A program made the translations under genes and the position numbers. From the NCBI GenBank assembly GCA_963754945.1, contig CAVWIG010000048.1, positions 1 to 27,718 of the forward strand: a DNA stretch of 27,718 nucleotides, written 5' to 3'. The stretch's first letter is position 1. Every line of letters starts with the position of its first letter. The notes under the pieces are model-generated. The model did not search any database and was not told the origin of the DNA. It saw only the letters and a program-made list of their open reading frames with translations. Positions 18,939 through 27,718 of the stretch are shown in pieces. This stretch comes from Methanotrichaceae archaeon (lineage in GTDB: Archaea > Halobacteriota > Methanosarcinia > Methanotrichales > Methanotrichaceae).

Positions 18939-20543
18939 TCAGGCTTTGCGCTTCCGCTTCATCGCCTCCACAAACGCCAGGAACGGCGGCGACGGCCTGC
19001 CCGGACGGGACTTCATCTCCGGGTGGAACTGCGATCCAAAGAAGAAAGGATGCTCCGGTATCTCGCAGATCTCCATCAGGTCCATGTTGGTTCCCGAAAA
19101 GATCATGCCCTTCTCTTCGATCTGCGATATATATTCGGGGTTTACCTCGTACCTGTGCCTGTGGCGCTCGACGATGTCCGAGGTCCCATAGATCTTGTGG
19201 GCCATGCTGCCCTCTTTCAGGTGGGCCGGATAATTTCCGAGTCGCATGGTTGCTCCCATCTGCCTGATCTTCTCCTGCTCGGGCAAAAGCGCTATCACGG
19301 GATGAGGCGTGGGCCCGAACTCAGTGCTGTTGGCTCCCTCCAGGCCGCAGACATTTCTTGCGAACTCGACGACTGCAAGCTGCATCCCAAAGCAGATTCC
19401 CAAGAACGGTATCTTCCTCTCACGGGCGAAGGTGACGGCCTTGACCTTCCCCTCTGTGCCTCGCGAGCCAAAGCCGCCTGGCACAAGGATTCCGTCCATG
19501 TCCCGGAGCATCAGCTCTGGTGCGCCCGCTTCAAGGGCCTCTGAGTCCACCCAGGTGATCTCCGGCTTGACACCAGTCTCAATGCCTGCATGCTTCAAGG
19601 ACTCACGGATGGACAGGTAAGCGTCCTCCATTGGGTCGGCGCACTGAGATCCTATGGTGTACTTGCCGACGATTGCCACCCGGACTTTGCCCTCGACCTG
19701 GTCCATCCTCTTGACCAGCTCATCCCACTCCTGGCGTTCCTCAAGTGGCCACAGCCTCATGGCCTTCATGAGGTATGTGGTCAGACCTTGTTGCTCCAGC
19801 TCCAGAGGGACCTTGTAGATGTCGTCTGCGTCATGGCAGCTTATGACCGCCTCAACAGGCACGTCGCAGAAGTGGGCAATCTTGTGCTTCGTCTCATCGA
19901 GCAGGGGCTTCTCACACCGCACGGCTATCATGTCAGGGCGCAGTCCAAGCTCCCTCATCTCCTTGACGCTGTGTTGGGTAGGCTTTGTCTTCTGCTCGCC
20001 GTCCATGGTCGATGGGGCCAGGGTGACGTGGACGAAGAATATGTTCCCCGACTCCTCATGCCGAAGCTGCCTCATGGCCTCCAGGAATGGCATCGACTCG
20101 ATGTCGCCCACAGTGCCCCCGACCTCTATCAGGCAGATCTCGCAGCCGCCTTCCCGGGACACCTGGCGGATGCGCATCTTGATCTCCTCTGTGATGTGGG
20201 GGATGATCTGGACGGTCTTGCCTAGGTACTCGCCCCGGCGCTCCTTCTCGATGACTGTGCTGTACACCTTTCCGGTGGTGATGTTGTGGTCGCGGGTAAG
20301 CTCGACGTCCAAGAACCGCTCGTAGTTGCCCAGGTCCAGATCCACTTCGCCCCCATCCTTCAAGACGAAGACCTCTCCGTGCTGGAACGGGCTCATCAGC
20401 CCTGCGTCTATGTTGATGTACGGATCTATCTTTATGGCCGTTACTTTATATCCCCTGTTCATGAGCAGCCTGCCGATTGATGCGGCAGTAATGCCTTTTC
20501 CGAGGCCGCTCATGACCCCGCCTGTGACCACAATATATCTCAT
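18939..20543 (-). CDS. pyrG: CTP synthase
   Basis: '[13 protein letters not shown]', 'KIDPYIN', 'KTKPTQHSV', 'GICFGMQ', '[10 protein letters not shown]', 'QFHPE'. Confidence 0.99.
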   Translation of the reverse strand: MRYIVVTGGVMSGLGKGITAASIGRLLMNRGYKVTAIKIDPYINIDAGLMSPFQHGEVFVLKDGGEVDLDLGNYERFLDVELTRDHNITTGKVYSTVIEKERRGEYLGKTVQIIPHITEEIKMRIRQVSREGGCEICLIEVGGTVGDIESMPFLEAMRQLRHEESGNIFFVHVTLAPSTMDGEQKTKPTQHSVKEMRELGLRPDMIAVRCEKPLLDETKHKIAHFCDVPVEAVISCHDADDIYKVPLELEQQGLTTYLMKAMRLWPLEERQEWDELVKRMDQVEGKVRVAIVGKYTIGSQCADPMEDAYLSIRESLKHAGIETGVKPEITWVDSEALEAGAPELMLRDMDGILVPGGFGSRGTEGKVKAVTFARERKIPFLGICFGMQLAVVEFARNVCGLEGANSTEFGPTPHPVIALLPEQEKIRQMGATMRLGNYPAHLKEGSMAHKIYGTSDIVERHRHRYEVNPEYISQIEEKGMIFSGTNMDLMEICEIPEHPFFFGSQFHPEMKSRPGRPSPPFLAFVEAMKRKRKA

Positions 20544-20546
20544 AAC

Positions 20547-21527
20547 TCACGCCTTCAGGAGCGTAGCCGCTCCGTATATGATAAGGGTAACGATCAGTAT
20601 TGATGACGTCAGAGCGCCCAGGAACTCCGGGATGGTTGAAGTGTAAAATGTGAGGGCTAGAACAACTATTATCATGACGAACATTATGATCGGAACTATC
20701 TGTTCCGAGACAATGTCCAGCCCAAAGATCCCGCCTTTTGTCTCTACGTCGTCCTCTGCCACTTCGTCCGAGCCAGGATACGATAGCTCTTGGCTTGTTG
20801 CTGAAGAGTCATCGCTTCCTACGGTTTGATAAGGGGTCTCTTTTTCCGCGACGTAAGGCTGGTTGTAATCCTGACCGCCCCGGTTGCGGCTGCCTGGATC
20901 GCTCCAATATCGGCCCTCCTCGTGGTCGGCATAAGACCGGTGATCATGACGATCTCGGCGCTCGGTAGCAATCCCGTCGCCAGTCACGCCTCTTCGACTG
21001 GGCTGAGTTCTGTAGTTCCGGTAGCCTTCGTCGTCAGAGGAATCGACGTCCGGATCCGTCGGCACTACTTCTTCCGAGCCCTCCTCTTTGTCCTCGTCAT
21101 CATATGCGCCGTAGTCGTCTTTGACTTCAAGGGATTCAGCCTCATCTTCTTTGTAGATGCCCTCGTCATCGAAGTCTTCTGCCTCTCTTACGAGGGAGAT
21201 GGGCACCCTGCTGGTGCCGCTCTCGCCGGTGACAAGAAGCTCGCCATCAACCCGCTCAACATCATCGGGCATTCTGGCCAGGACCGGGATAATCTCCTCC
21301 AGCTCAACATAGTGGTTGGATCTTTTGAGGCGCATGGCCTTGATGAGAGGAGGGCTGGCATCAACGGAGATGTTGGAAGGGTCTCCGTGGTTTACCACCC
21401 GCAGCTCGAAGATGGTCTCCTCACCTGGGAGGAGACGAAGCACTATGGGCTTGACTTCCTCGGTGCCGTCGTTGATGTGCACAACATAATCCGTATCTAA
21501 ACCCCCTGCTCCAGATAGGATAAGCAA
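20547..21527 (-). CDS. Membrane-anchored protein, DUF7524-like N-terminal beta domain + acidic low-complexity linker + two C-terminal TM helices
   Basis: 'VVHIN...VVNHG...SNHYV' recalls the euryarchaeal family found beside trm112 (family name from memory); D/E-rich middle; hydrophobic C-terminus. Start uncertain. Confidence 0.7.
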   Translation of the reverse strand: MLILSGAGGLDTDYVVHINDGTEEVKPIVLRLLPGEETIFELRVVNHGDPSNISVDASPPLIKAMRLKRSNHYVELEEIIPVLARMPDDVERVDGELLVTGESGTSRVPISLVREAEDFDDEGIYKEDEAESLEVKDDYGAYDDEDKEEGSEEVVPTDPDVDSSDDEGYRNYRTQPSRRGVTGDGIATERRDRHDHRSYADHEEGRYWSDPGSRNRGGQDYNQPYVAEKETPYQTVGSDDSSATSQELSYPGSDEVAEDDVETKGGIFGLDIVSEQIVPIIMFVMIIVVLALTFYTSTIPEFLGALTSSILIVTLIIYGAATLLKA

Positions 21528-21564
21528 TAATATCTAATAAATATTTCGCCTGTAGTATTCCAGG

Positions 21565-21747
21565 CTAGTCTCTTAGGTCCGGCGGTAGCATGTTAGGTAT
21601 GCCGTCCTCGATGGGATAGCATTCGTTGCAGGCTTTGCAGAAGAGCTTGCCGGTGATTATTTCCAAGTCGTTCTCCTCGAAGACCTCTATGGTCAAGTCT
21701 CCTTTGCACAATGGGCAAGCCAGGATGTCCAGAAGATCTCGCTTCAT
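21565..21747 (-). CDS. trm112: Methyltransferase activator Trm112
   Basis: 'MKRDLLDILACPLCKGDL...C..C...YPIEDGIPNMLP'. Confidence 0.95.
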   Translation of the reverse strand: MKRDLLDILACPLCKGDLTIEVFEENDLEIITGKLFCKACNECYPIEDGIPNMLPPDLRD

Positions 21748-21770
21748 AACTCAGCGTTTATAATCCTGAA

Positions 21771-21785
21771 AAGTATAAACCTTTG
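21771..21785 (-). promoter_or_regulatory. Putative BRE/TATA promoter of trm112 unit
   Basis: Minus strand CAAAGGTTTATACTT about 25-35 bp upstream of ATG 21747. Confidence 0.55.
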
Positions 21786-21805
21786 TGGAGGTATATCAGG
21801 CAAAA

Positions 21806-22888
21806 TCAGATTATCCCCAGCTCGGATAATCTCTCCGGAAGGTATGTCTTGGTCACATAGTCCAAGCCCTTTCCTGCGAATGCCTGCTGCTCTGCTTTCT
21901 TCTTCAGGTCTATCTGTAGCTGGATCTGCTTTTTCCAGTAATCGGTGTTGAACCTCGGATCCGTCAACTCAGAGCGTAAGGCGTGCATGTCCTGGTCGGT
22001 CAGCTTGTCCGTAGACAAGTTGTATTCCACAATGTCGCTAGGCTGTACGCCTATGAACTTAGCCGAGGGCGTCACAAGGTGCTCAGACAAGTGAGCACTC
22101 TTTATGGCTCCATATGCCAGGCTGGCGAAGATCCTGTAGGACCAGGGATCGCCGTCTGTAAAGACGACGACGGGTAGGTTCAGTTCCCCGTTTAACCGCT
22201 TAATTATGCGTCTGGTGGACCTGGCCGGCTGGCCTTTGATGTGAACCAGGATGCATTTATACTCCTCATCGAAGCCATTCTCGATGAGCCGGGCGTACAT
22301 TCCGCCGCTTTCTATGGCCATGACCATTCTAGCATCGTGCTTCAAGAACTGGATGTTGTCAACGTTGAATGGTATCTGGTACCCGGCTTCGCCCACATCC
22401 TCCTGGCAGTGTATCTCCCGTTCTCCCCGTCGTGTCTGCTCACGGAGCCGTAGCGGGCCGAAAACAGCAGCACCATCCTCCTCCGGCCGGATGTGGAAAT
22501 TCTCCCTGTGCAGGCCAGTCACGATCTCCAGGTCCTCGATCAGCCTGTCGCTCTCCGCCTGCTCGTGGAACTTGGCGATATCCCAGCCTTCGGAGATGTA
22601 GTAGATCTCCCTCAGGGTGGACCCTCTGTTGTTCTGCAGATGCTCCTTTATGAGCAGTTCCGCCAGGTAGACTGTCTTGAGAATGCTCTTAGCACCTCGA
22701 ATGGTCTTCACCGACCTGTTGGTCTCTTGATCCCCGTAGACCCACACGTCGTCTTTGATGCTGTACTCGATATTGCCCTTCGTCCTAGACGGCAAGGACA
22801 AATGGGGAATTATTCCCTTCTGGAATTGCCCATAGAGGGATCTGGCCAGATCGAGGAGCTTGTCCTGGGCTGTTTCTATATTGGTCAT
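21806..22888 (-). CDS. top6A: DNA topoisomerase VI subunit A
   Basis: 'STLREIYY' catalytic Tyr; TOPRIM 'AIESGG' and 'FTDGDPW'; 'KAEQQA'. Confidence 0.98.
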   Translation of the reverse strand: MTNIETAQDKLLDLARSLYGQFQKGIIPHLSLPSRTKGNIEYSIKDDVWVYGDQETNRSVKTIRGAKSILKTVYLAELLIKEHLQNNRGSTLREIYYISEGWDIAKFHEQAESDRLIEDLEIVTGLHRENFHIRPEEDGAAVFGPLRLREQTRRGEREIHCQEDVGEAGYQIPFNVDNIQFLKHDARMVMAIESGGMYARLIENGFDEEYKCILVHIKGQPARSTRRIIKRLNGELNLPVVVFTDGDPWSYRIFASLAYGAIKSAHLSEHLVTPSAKFIGVQPSDIVEYNLSTDKLTDQDMHALRSELTDPRFNTDYWKKQIQLQIDLKKKAEQQAFAGKGLDYVTKTYLPERLSELGII

Positions 22889-22890
22889 GA

Positions 22891-24726
22891 TCAGATCACC
22901 CTGGCCCCTGTTACTACCTCTGCCTCCAGCCCTTCAACCACTGGGTCTGAGAAGATGTGTCCCTCCGAGCGGACCTTGTAGCTCAAGGAAGCCTCTTCAC
23001 CAGGAGCAAGGGACAACCTCCAGTGATAGTCGTAGCCGTTGCCAATGGGTATTGCCTTGGCGGTCGGCGATACGTCGGAGGCCTCCTGGGGTATCAAATC
23101 GTGGAGTTTGAAGGTCCGAGCCGCTTCGCCGTGGTTCTCGACAGCTATTCTGACAACCGTCAGTCCATTCTCTATCTCGATTATACGCCTGACGCTAACG
23201 TTCCCCATGATCTTGGCCACAACCGGTGATATGTCCGGCTCGTCCTGGTGCAGGATGTCGGAGAGCTTGCTGGCAATTCGGGGGAGGATTTTTCTTATGA
23301 TCTCCTCCTTCTCCCGACGCACGGAGAGCGCGCTCTGTCTGGTCATGTACCTTCGCAGCTTCCGGCCAATCTCCTTCAATCCCAGTTCGACCTCAGCCAG
23401 GATCTCGGGGACGTCCGCTATGGCATCCTTGGACTCGGATGTGAAAGGGATCCGGGTGGAGGCCACGTGAACCAGCAGCACTGCAGGCCCTGTCGGTATC
23501 CCTTCACCGCCTGGCTGTGCAAGGTCGTAGTTCTTCCAGGTGATTCCTTCTATGGCGTGGGTTATGGCGCAAGCTCCCTGCTGGTAAACCAGAGGCACTC
23601 GGTTGGCAAATCGCAGTACGTCCACTCGCCCTTCCCTGTCCAGCTCTCCTCCGTAACCCAATCCCACTTCAACCAGGAAGGGGTTGCCGGAGTATACTGA
23701 CACAGGTCGGATGGTTGTGACGATGAAGTCCAGACGGTACTCTTTCTCTAGGCCTGTTTTGATCAGCGATTCGCCTATCGGAGACAAACAGTCCACTGGT
23801 GGCGATTTGACTTTTATCTTCTTGAAGGCGGAAAGAAGCCGTTTGGCTTCAGCGTGATCCAGGCTGCCTGGAGGTCGGTCTGGGTCCAGGTCAGCCATTT
23901 TGCACAGCTCTTGGGAGGTTATCGATCCGATGCTAGAGAATGTCTCCTTCAGGAAGCCGGCCAGCTTCTTGCGCTCGGTGTACCTCAGCAGCTTGATCAG
24001 CTCGCCGAGCTCGATCCCCTCTGGATGAGGCTGAATGGCATAGGACTTCTTCGGAAGGGTCTCGGTGGCTCTCTCGAAGACCTCAACGTTGCCATCAGGC
24101 TCCACAAGGGTGATCCTCGCGTGAGGGTTGACGATGGCTACGCTTTTGAGAGAGCCGTAGACTGATTGGCGTCGGCTTCGAACATAGGCTCCTTCCATCT
24201 CGAGCTCAATCCTTGTGCCTCGGGGCCTTTCCCAGTCGACCTCCTCAGTCCTGAGAACTTCAGGCTCGTTCTTGGCGGTGTTTATCACTACTTCACAGTA
24301 CGTGGCCCTGTGACCCGGTCCTATCTTGGACGTGACCCTGGCCGGTTTGCCGCTGGTAAGCTGGGAGTATAGGACGGCAGCCGAGATCCCTATTCCCTGC
24401 TGGCCTCGGCTCTGTCTGAGAACATGGAACCGAGATCCATAAAGCAGCTTGGCGAATACCTTTGGAACTTCATCGGCGACTATCCCCGGGCCATTGTCTT
24501 CTATGGCGACTGAATAGTAATCTCCGCTTCTTTTTATCTGAACGAAGATGTCCGGAAGGATACTGCCGTCTTCACAGGCATCGAGGGAGTTATCCACAGC
24601 CTCTTTAACGCAGGTGATCAGGGCCCGGGGTGCAGAGTCGAATCCCAGTATCTGGCGGTTCTTCTCAAAAAATTCTGCTACTGAAATGGCCTTCTGGTTT
24701 TTGGCCAGCTCTTCTGCTATCTCCAT
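22891..24726 (-). CDS. top6B: DNA topoisomerase VI subunit B with C-terminal extension
   Basis: GHKL motifs 'EAVDNSLDA', 'EDNGPGI', '[11 protein letters not shown]'; 'RFANRVPL'; 'PFTSESKDA'. Confidence 0.98.
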   Translation of the reverse strand: MEIAEELAKNQKAISVAEFFEKNRQILGFDSAPRALITCVKEAVDNSLDACEDGSILPDIFVQIKRSGDYYSVAIEDNGPGIVADEVPKVFAKLLYGSRFHVLRQSRGQQGIGISAAVLYSQLTSGKPARVTSKIGPGHRATYCEVVINTAKNEPEVLRTEEVDWERPRGTRIELEMEGAYVRSRRQSVYGSLKSVAIVNPHARITLVEPDGNVEVFERATETLPKKSYAIQPHPEGIELGELIKLLRYTERKKLAGFLKETFSSIGSITSQELCKMADLDPDRPPGSLDHAEAKRLLSAFKKIKVKSPPVDCLSPIGESLIKTGLEKEYRLDFIVTTIRPVSVYSGNPFLVEVGLGYGGELDREGRVDVLRFANRVPLVYQQGACAITHAIEGITWKNYDLAQPGGEGIPTGPAVLLVHVASTRIPFTSESKDAIADVPEILAEVELGLKEIGRKLRRYMTRQSALSVRREKEEIIRKILPRIASKLSDILHQDEPDISPVVAKIMGNVSVRRIIEIENGLTVVRIAVENHGEAARTFKLHDLIPQEASDVSPTAKAIPIGNGYDYHWRLSLAPGEEASLSYKVRSEGHIFSDPVVEGLEAEVVTGARVI

Positions 24727-24740
24727 AAAAAAGTGGGGGG

Positions 24741-24971
24741 CTACAGCTCAGCCCCAACTACGGTCTGGGTTGCGGTGACGTTATCTATCTCCCGGATCAC
24801 GTCCACCAACTTGTTGAGCATGCTAAGGCCTTCGACTTCAATCACTACCACAAAGTCGAATTCGCCGAACACGTGGTAAACATCTTTGATCCCGTCTATC
24901 TCCTGAAGAGCATTATAGACGGACTTCTCCTGGCCGGGAACGACCTTTACCATTGTTACTCCTATCACCAT
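24741..24971 (-). CDS. Stand-alone Lrp/AsnC ligand-binding (RAM) domain protein
   Basis: '[15 protein letters not shown]...[12 protein letters not shown]'; 76 aa, no HTH. Confidence 0.88.
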   Translation of the reverse strand: MVIGVTMVKVVPGQEKSVYNALQEIDGIKDVYHVFGEFDFVVVIEVEGLSMLNKLVDVIREIDNVTATQTVVGAEL

Positions 24972-25002
24972 TTTCAGTTCACCGCTGTTATAAACTTCTG
25001 CA

Positions 25003-25020
25003 TATTATATAAAACTTTTC
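25003..25020 (-). promoter_or_regulatory. Putative BRE/TATA promoter of Lrp-top6B-top6A unit
   Basis: Minus strand GAAAAGTTTTATATAATA upstream of ATG 24971. Confidence 0.55.
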
Positions 25021-25900
25021 AGCTCTTCTTAAAGACAGGGATGGTCTCTACATCATCCTGTTCACTGTCGGGAAAGCCAGAGAGAAGGGTCTCTCTTGCA
25101 GCAGATGCCTTTGACTTGCTCTTCTTGGTTGAATCCTGTTTTGCTTCCAGTTTGACCTTTCCCTGGTCGCCAGCCACTATCCGGGACTCGTCGGGCTTGG
25201 GGTTTTCTGATTCGACTACGTTCACCCTGTTAGCATCAGGGTTGACAGCTTCGAGCGACCTCGATTTCGAGCCCTGGCCTAGATCGGCTCTCAAGGAGTT
25301 CAGGGCCCTGATTACCATCTTCCTGTACTGCATGATATCTGTGTTGTAGTGCTGCTTGGCCCGATCTACATCCATGGCTGGCAAAGCTACCGCTTTATCT
25401 GCTGTGGAGAACTCGTTCGAGGCAGGCGCGGCCTCCTCCATAGCTTTCAGCCTCTCTTGGGTTCGGCTGGCGGTGTCCAGGATCCACCTGTCCCTTGTAT
25501 TCTCATCCACCTTCTGGATAGCCTCTGCTCTCAAGGATATCACCACATTGCCGTCCTCCGTCTGATAGAGGTTGGGCTTCCCGACCACAGCCACATAGGC
25601 CGGAGGCTCAATGCTGGACAACTTCTGGGCAGCTTCTGGCTGGTACTGTCCGGCGTAGACAAGGATGCTGCTCGTGGGGTCCACAATTCTTCCCCGCCAG
25701 TACTCAGTATCGCCGCCTATGTCGTCCCTCTCGGTTAGAGTACCCACTATGAAGACGCGATTGCATTTTGCGCCCGTTGGGGTTAGAAGGTACATAGGTG
25801 CGTACTGGTGCTGATCCTCGCCGTCTCTGAAGGACAGGTTAGAATTGCGCAGCTCCTCAGTGAATATCCTCCTTGCCACCTCTCTTGAAAATCCGGCCAT
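25019..25900 (-). CDS. RPA-associated OB-fold protein (RPA32-like) with disordered C-terminal tail
   Basis: 'REVARRIF..EL', 'LLTPTGAKCNRVFIVGTL', 'YAGQYQPEA'; directly downstream of RPA. Confidence 0.88.
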   Translation of the reverse strand: MAGFSREVARRIFTEELRNSNLSFRDGEDQHQYAPMYLLTPTGAKCNRVFIVGTLTERDDIGGDTEYWRGRIVDPTSSILVYAGQYQPEAAQKLSSIEPPAYVAVVGKPNLYQTEDGNVVISLRAEAIQKVDENTRDRWILDTASRTQERLKAMEEAAPASNEFSTADKAVALPAMDVDRAKQHYNTDIMQYRKMVIRALNSLRADLGQGSKSRSLEAVNPDANRVNVVESENPKPDESRIVAGDQGKVKLEAKQDSTKKSKSKASAARETLLSGFPDSEQDDVETIPVFKKS

Positions 25901-25901
25901 C

Positions 25902-27134
25902 TCAATCTACCTCCACCAGGCTGATCAGTTCGTCCACGTCTTTGGCCGCAACCGCAGGTGCTTCATTTATGGTCTCCACAAGGATGTAACGATCCACTCT
26001 TGGTCCTGTAACGGTGTAGTATCTTCCGAGGAGCTTCTCTTCAATCATACTTCGAACCACCTCGTGGTCTAGGGTGTCCATGGCCATCTTCTTGGCTTCT
26101 TCCAGTGTCAGGTTTACGAGTCTCTCAGTTGTCTCCCGGTTGATTATTATGTCCTGAGCCCTTCGCCCATCGTCCAGCACCGCCTTGATCCTCAGGTCGT
26201 ATGTGCCGTCCACCTTGCCGTGCTCGCCGCATATGCCCTTTGTCAGAGATCTCTTGCATATCGGGCAGCGCTTGATTAAGCCCGATCCTTTCTGGATGTC
26301 CACCATGGCACCGGTAAAGATAATGGATTGCGATCCTACCTCTATGTCGGCGTCCAGCTCTATGATTTGGCTGGTGCGGTTGAGCTTGACGCTGAACCTC
26401 CCTTGGTACTCGTCCGTGACCACGTTCTGCAAGGAGTAGCTCTTGCCTTCGGCTAGCTCGGAGAGTCCCGCCTTGGCCCATTTGACGAACTTCAGGGAAC
26501 CCGTCTCGTCTCCGACGAGGCCTGACTGAGAGATGGTCTCGCTGTTAGAATCCCAGAGCTGAACAACCTTGACCCTCAGATTCACCCAAAGGCCAGCCTC
26601 GGCGATATCTGCAATCTTCTTATCTTCTGTCGGTCCACTCCTCATCGGTGCTACAGCATCTACATCATGATCCAGCTCTGCCACCTGGCTTGTCCTGTTA
26701 AGTTTTACGCTGGGCTTTCCCTGGTAGTCATCGGTGACAATCCGCCTGATGGAGTAGCTCTTGCCCTCCACAAGGTCCGGTAGCCCCGATTTGGCCCATT
26801 TGACGAACTTGATGTTCCCTGTAGAATCTCCCACCAGGCCAGTCTGGGAGATGGCGTCGCTCGCCGGATCCCACAACGCCAGGACCTTGACCTCCAAATC
26901 CACCCATCGATTCGGCTCTGAGATCTCGTTCACTTTTACAAGTTCAGAGCTAGCCCTGACCAGAACAACTCCGTGCTCCTTTAGAAAATAGTTGACAACA
27001 GAACGCCTGGCCTCCGCCTCGGGAACGTGGAACTCATCCACCAACTTCTTTAAGCGGGCCACAATCTCCTCCTCAGGGACCTCGATGTTCTGATCCTTGA
27101 GGCGGGTCTTTATCTGCTCTACGAGTTCTTTCAT
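25902..27134 (-). CDS. rpa: Replication protein A (multi-OB-fold with Zn finger)
   Basis: Two near-duplicate OB folds (WV.L.VKV..LWD...GLVGD.TG..KFVKW) and 'GSGLIKRCPIC...CGEHG...YDLRIKAVLDDG'. Confidence 0.93.
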   Translation of the reverse strand: MKELVEQIKTRLKDQNIEVPEEEIVARLKKLVDEFHVPEAEARRSVVNYFLKEHGVVLVRASSELVKVNEISEPNRWVDLEVKVLALWDPASDAISQTGLVGDSTGNIKFVKWAKSGLPDLVEGKSYSIRRIVTDDYQGKPSVKLNRTSQVAELDHDVDAVAPMRSGPTEDKKIADIAEAGLWVNLRVKVVQLWDSNSETISQSGLVGDETGSLKFVKWAKAGLSELAEGKSYSLQNVVTDEYQGRFSVKLNRTSQIIELDADIEVGSQSIIFTGAMVDIQKGSGLIKRCPICKRSLTKGICGEHGKVDGTYDLRIKAVLDDGRRAQDIIINRETTERLVNLTLEEAKKMAMDTLDHEVVRSMIEEKLLGRYYTVTGPRVDRYILVETINEAPAVAAKDVDELISLVEVD

Positions 27135-27185
27135 ACAATTCAGCCCCTGTTTTTTTAATTGAGAGGTGAACTGTAACAGAGCCCG

Positions 27186-27199
27186 TATAGTATATAAAG
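27186..27199. promoter_or_regulatory. TATA-like element in the divergent rpa / nop5 intergenic region
   Basis: TATAGTATATAAAG between the divergent starts at 27134 and 27255. Confidence 0.45.
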
Positions 27200-27254
27200 A
27201 GGACCAGCGCAGGCCGAAAGTAATCTATGGTATGATCTTCTTGTTAGGAAGATA

Positions 27255-27718
27255 ATGGAATTAGTAGCCTGGTTTGGCCGAATCAATCCGGAGTCGACGT
27301 CAATTGTAGCCACGAGGGACGTGGACCAGATGGTTGAGAATTGACCGATCCTCCCCTATAACCGAAAAAATTCAGCCTGACCTACGGGCGTATGCAAAGG
27401 CTTGTCACTATGTCGAAGACGATTGTGAGTATAACCGCTTTCTAAGAGAAGTGGCCTTGGAGCTTGTCAGAAGAGAGCTTCGATCCCTGTCCACAGTTGA
27501 GCAAGATGTACTCCAGATGATTGAAGCCCTGGATGACATGGACAAGTCCATCAACCTCCTGGATGAACGGCTCTACGAGTGGTCACTGCTACACAGAGAC
27601 GATATAGCTCGAACAAAGGATCTGCCTCTTTCGCTTGCCGGACAAGGACTGGTCGGAGAGCTTGCCACCGCCATAATTGATTTAAGAAGGTCGCGCCAGA
27701 GGATCGAAGAGGGGCTGA
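27255..27718 (+). CDS. nop5: Nop5/Nop56-family C/D box sRNP protein, 3'-truncated, with apparent frameshift at ~27337 (not in ORF track)
   Basis: ATG 27255 MELVAWFG...DQMVE then shifted frame IDRSS...EYNRFLREVAL...EQDVLQMIEALDDMDKSINLLDERLYEW (Nop5 coiled-coil signature), open to window end. Confidence 0.85.

Noticed and set aside
18946-26991. Many plus-strand ORFs over pyrG, top6A/B and rpa
   Set aside because: Antisense shadows of well-conserved GC-rich genes, with no recognisable motifs

Overview
Archaeal DNA, most consistent with a Methanothrix/Methanosarcinales-type methanogen (inferred from gene content). From left to right: (i) the end of the A1Ao ATP synthase operon (atpD plus an uncalled 59-aa membrane ORF); (ii) a cluster of exported proteins (TPR, C39 peptidase, DUF333-TPR, a tandem rhodanese without its catalytic Cys, thioredoxin, thioredoxin-CcdA fusion); (iii) a decayed accessory patch (SdpI-like gene and a degenerate copy of its 3' end, toxin-antitoxin remnants, acylphosphatase with a coiled-coil tail); (iv) an AT-rich ~8 kb two-gene island; (v) a housekeeping block (pyrG, DUF7524-like, trm112, top6A, top6B, Lrp/AsnC domain, RPA-associated protein, RPA, start of nop5). 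The island is the main result. The four host ORFs in the track collapse into two genes. One is a COG1743/DUF1156-like Zn-ribbon amino-methyltransferase split by a +1 frameshift at ~11820. The other is a 1425-aa Fe-S PD-(D/E)XK nuclease / SF1 (Dna2/Upf1-like) helicase fusion interrupted by a 1528-bp IS66-family element with 8-bp target duplication GATAAATC. Removing the IS restores the frame exactly. The pair looks like an RM-like defence system whose architecture I cannot match to a named system. Caveat: several small indels in the window, including one in nop5, could be assembly errors.
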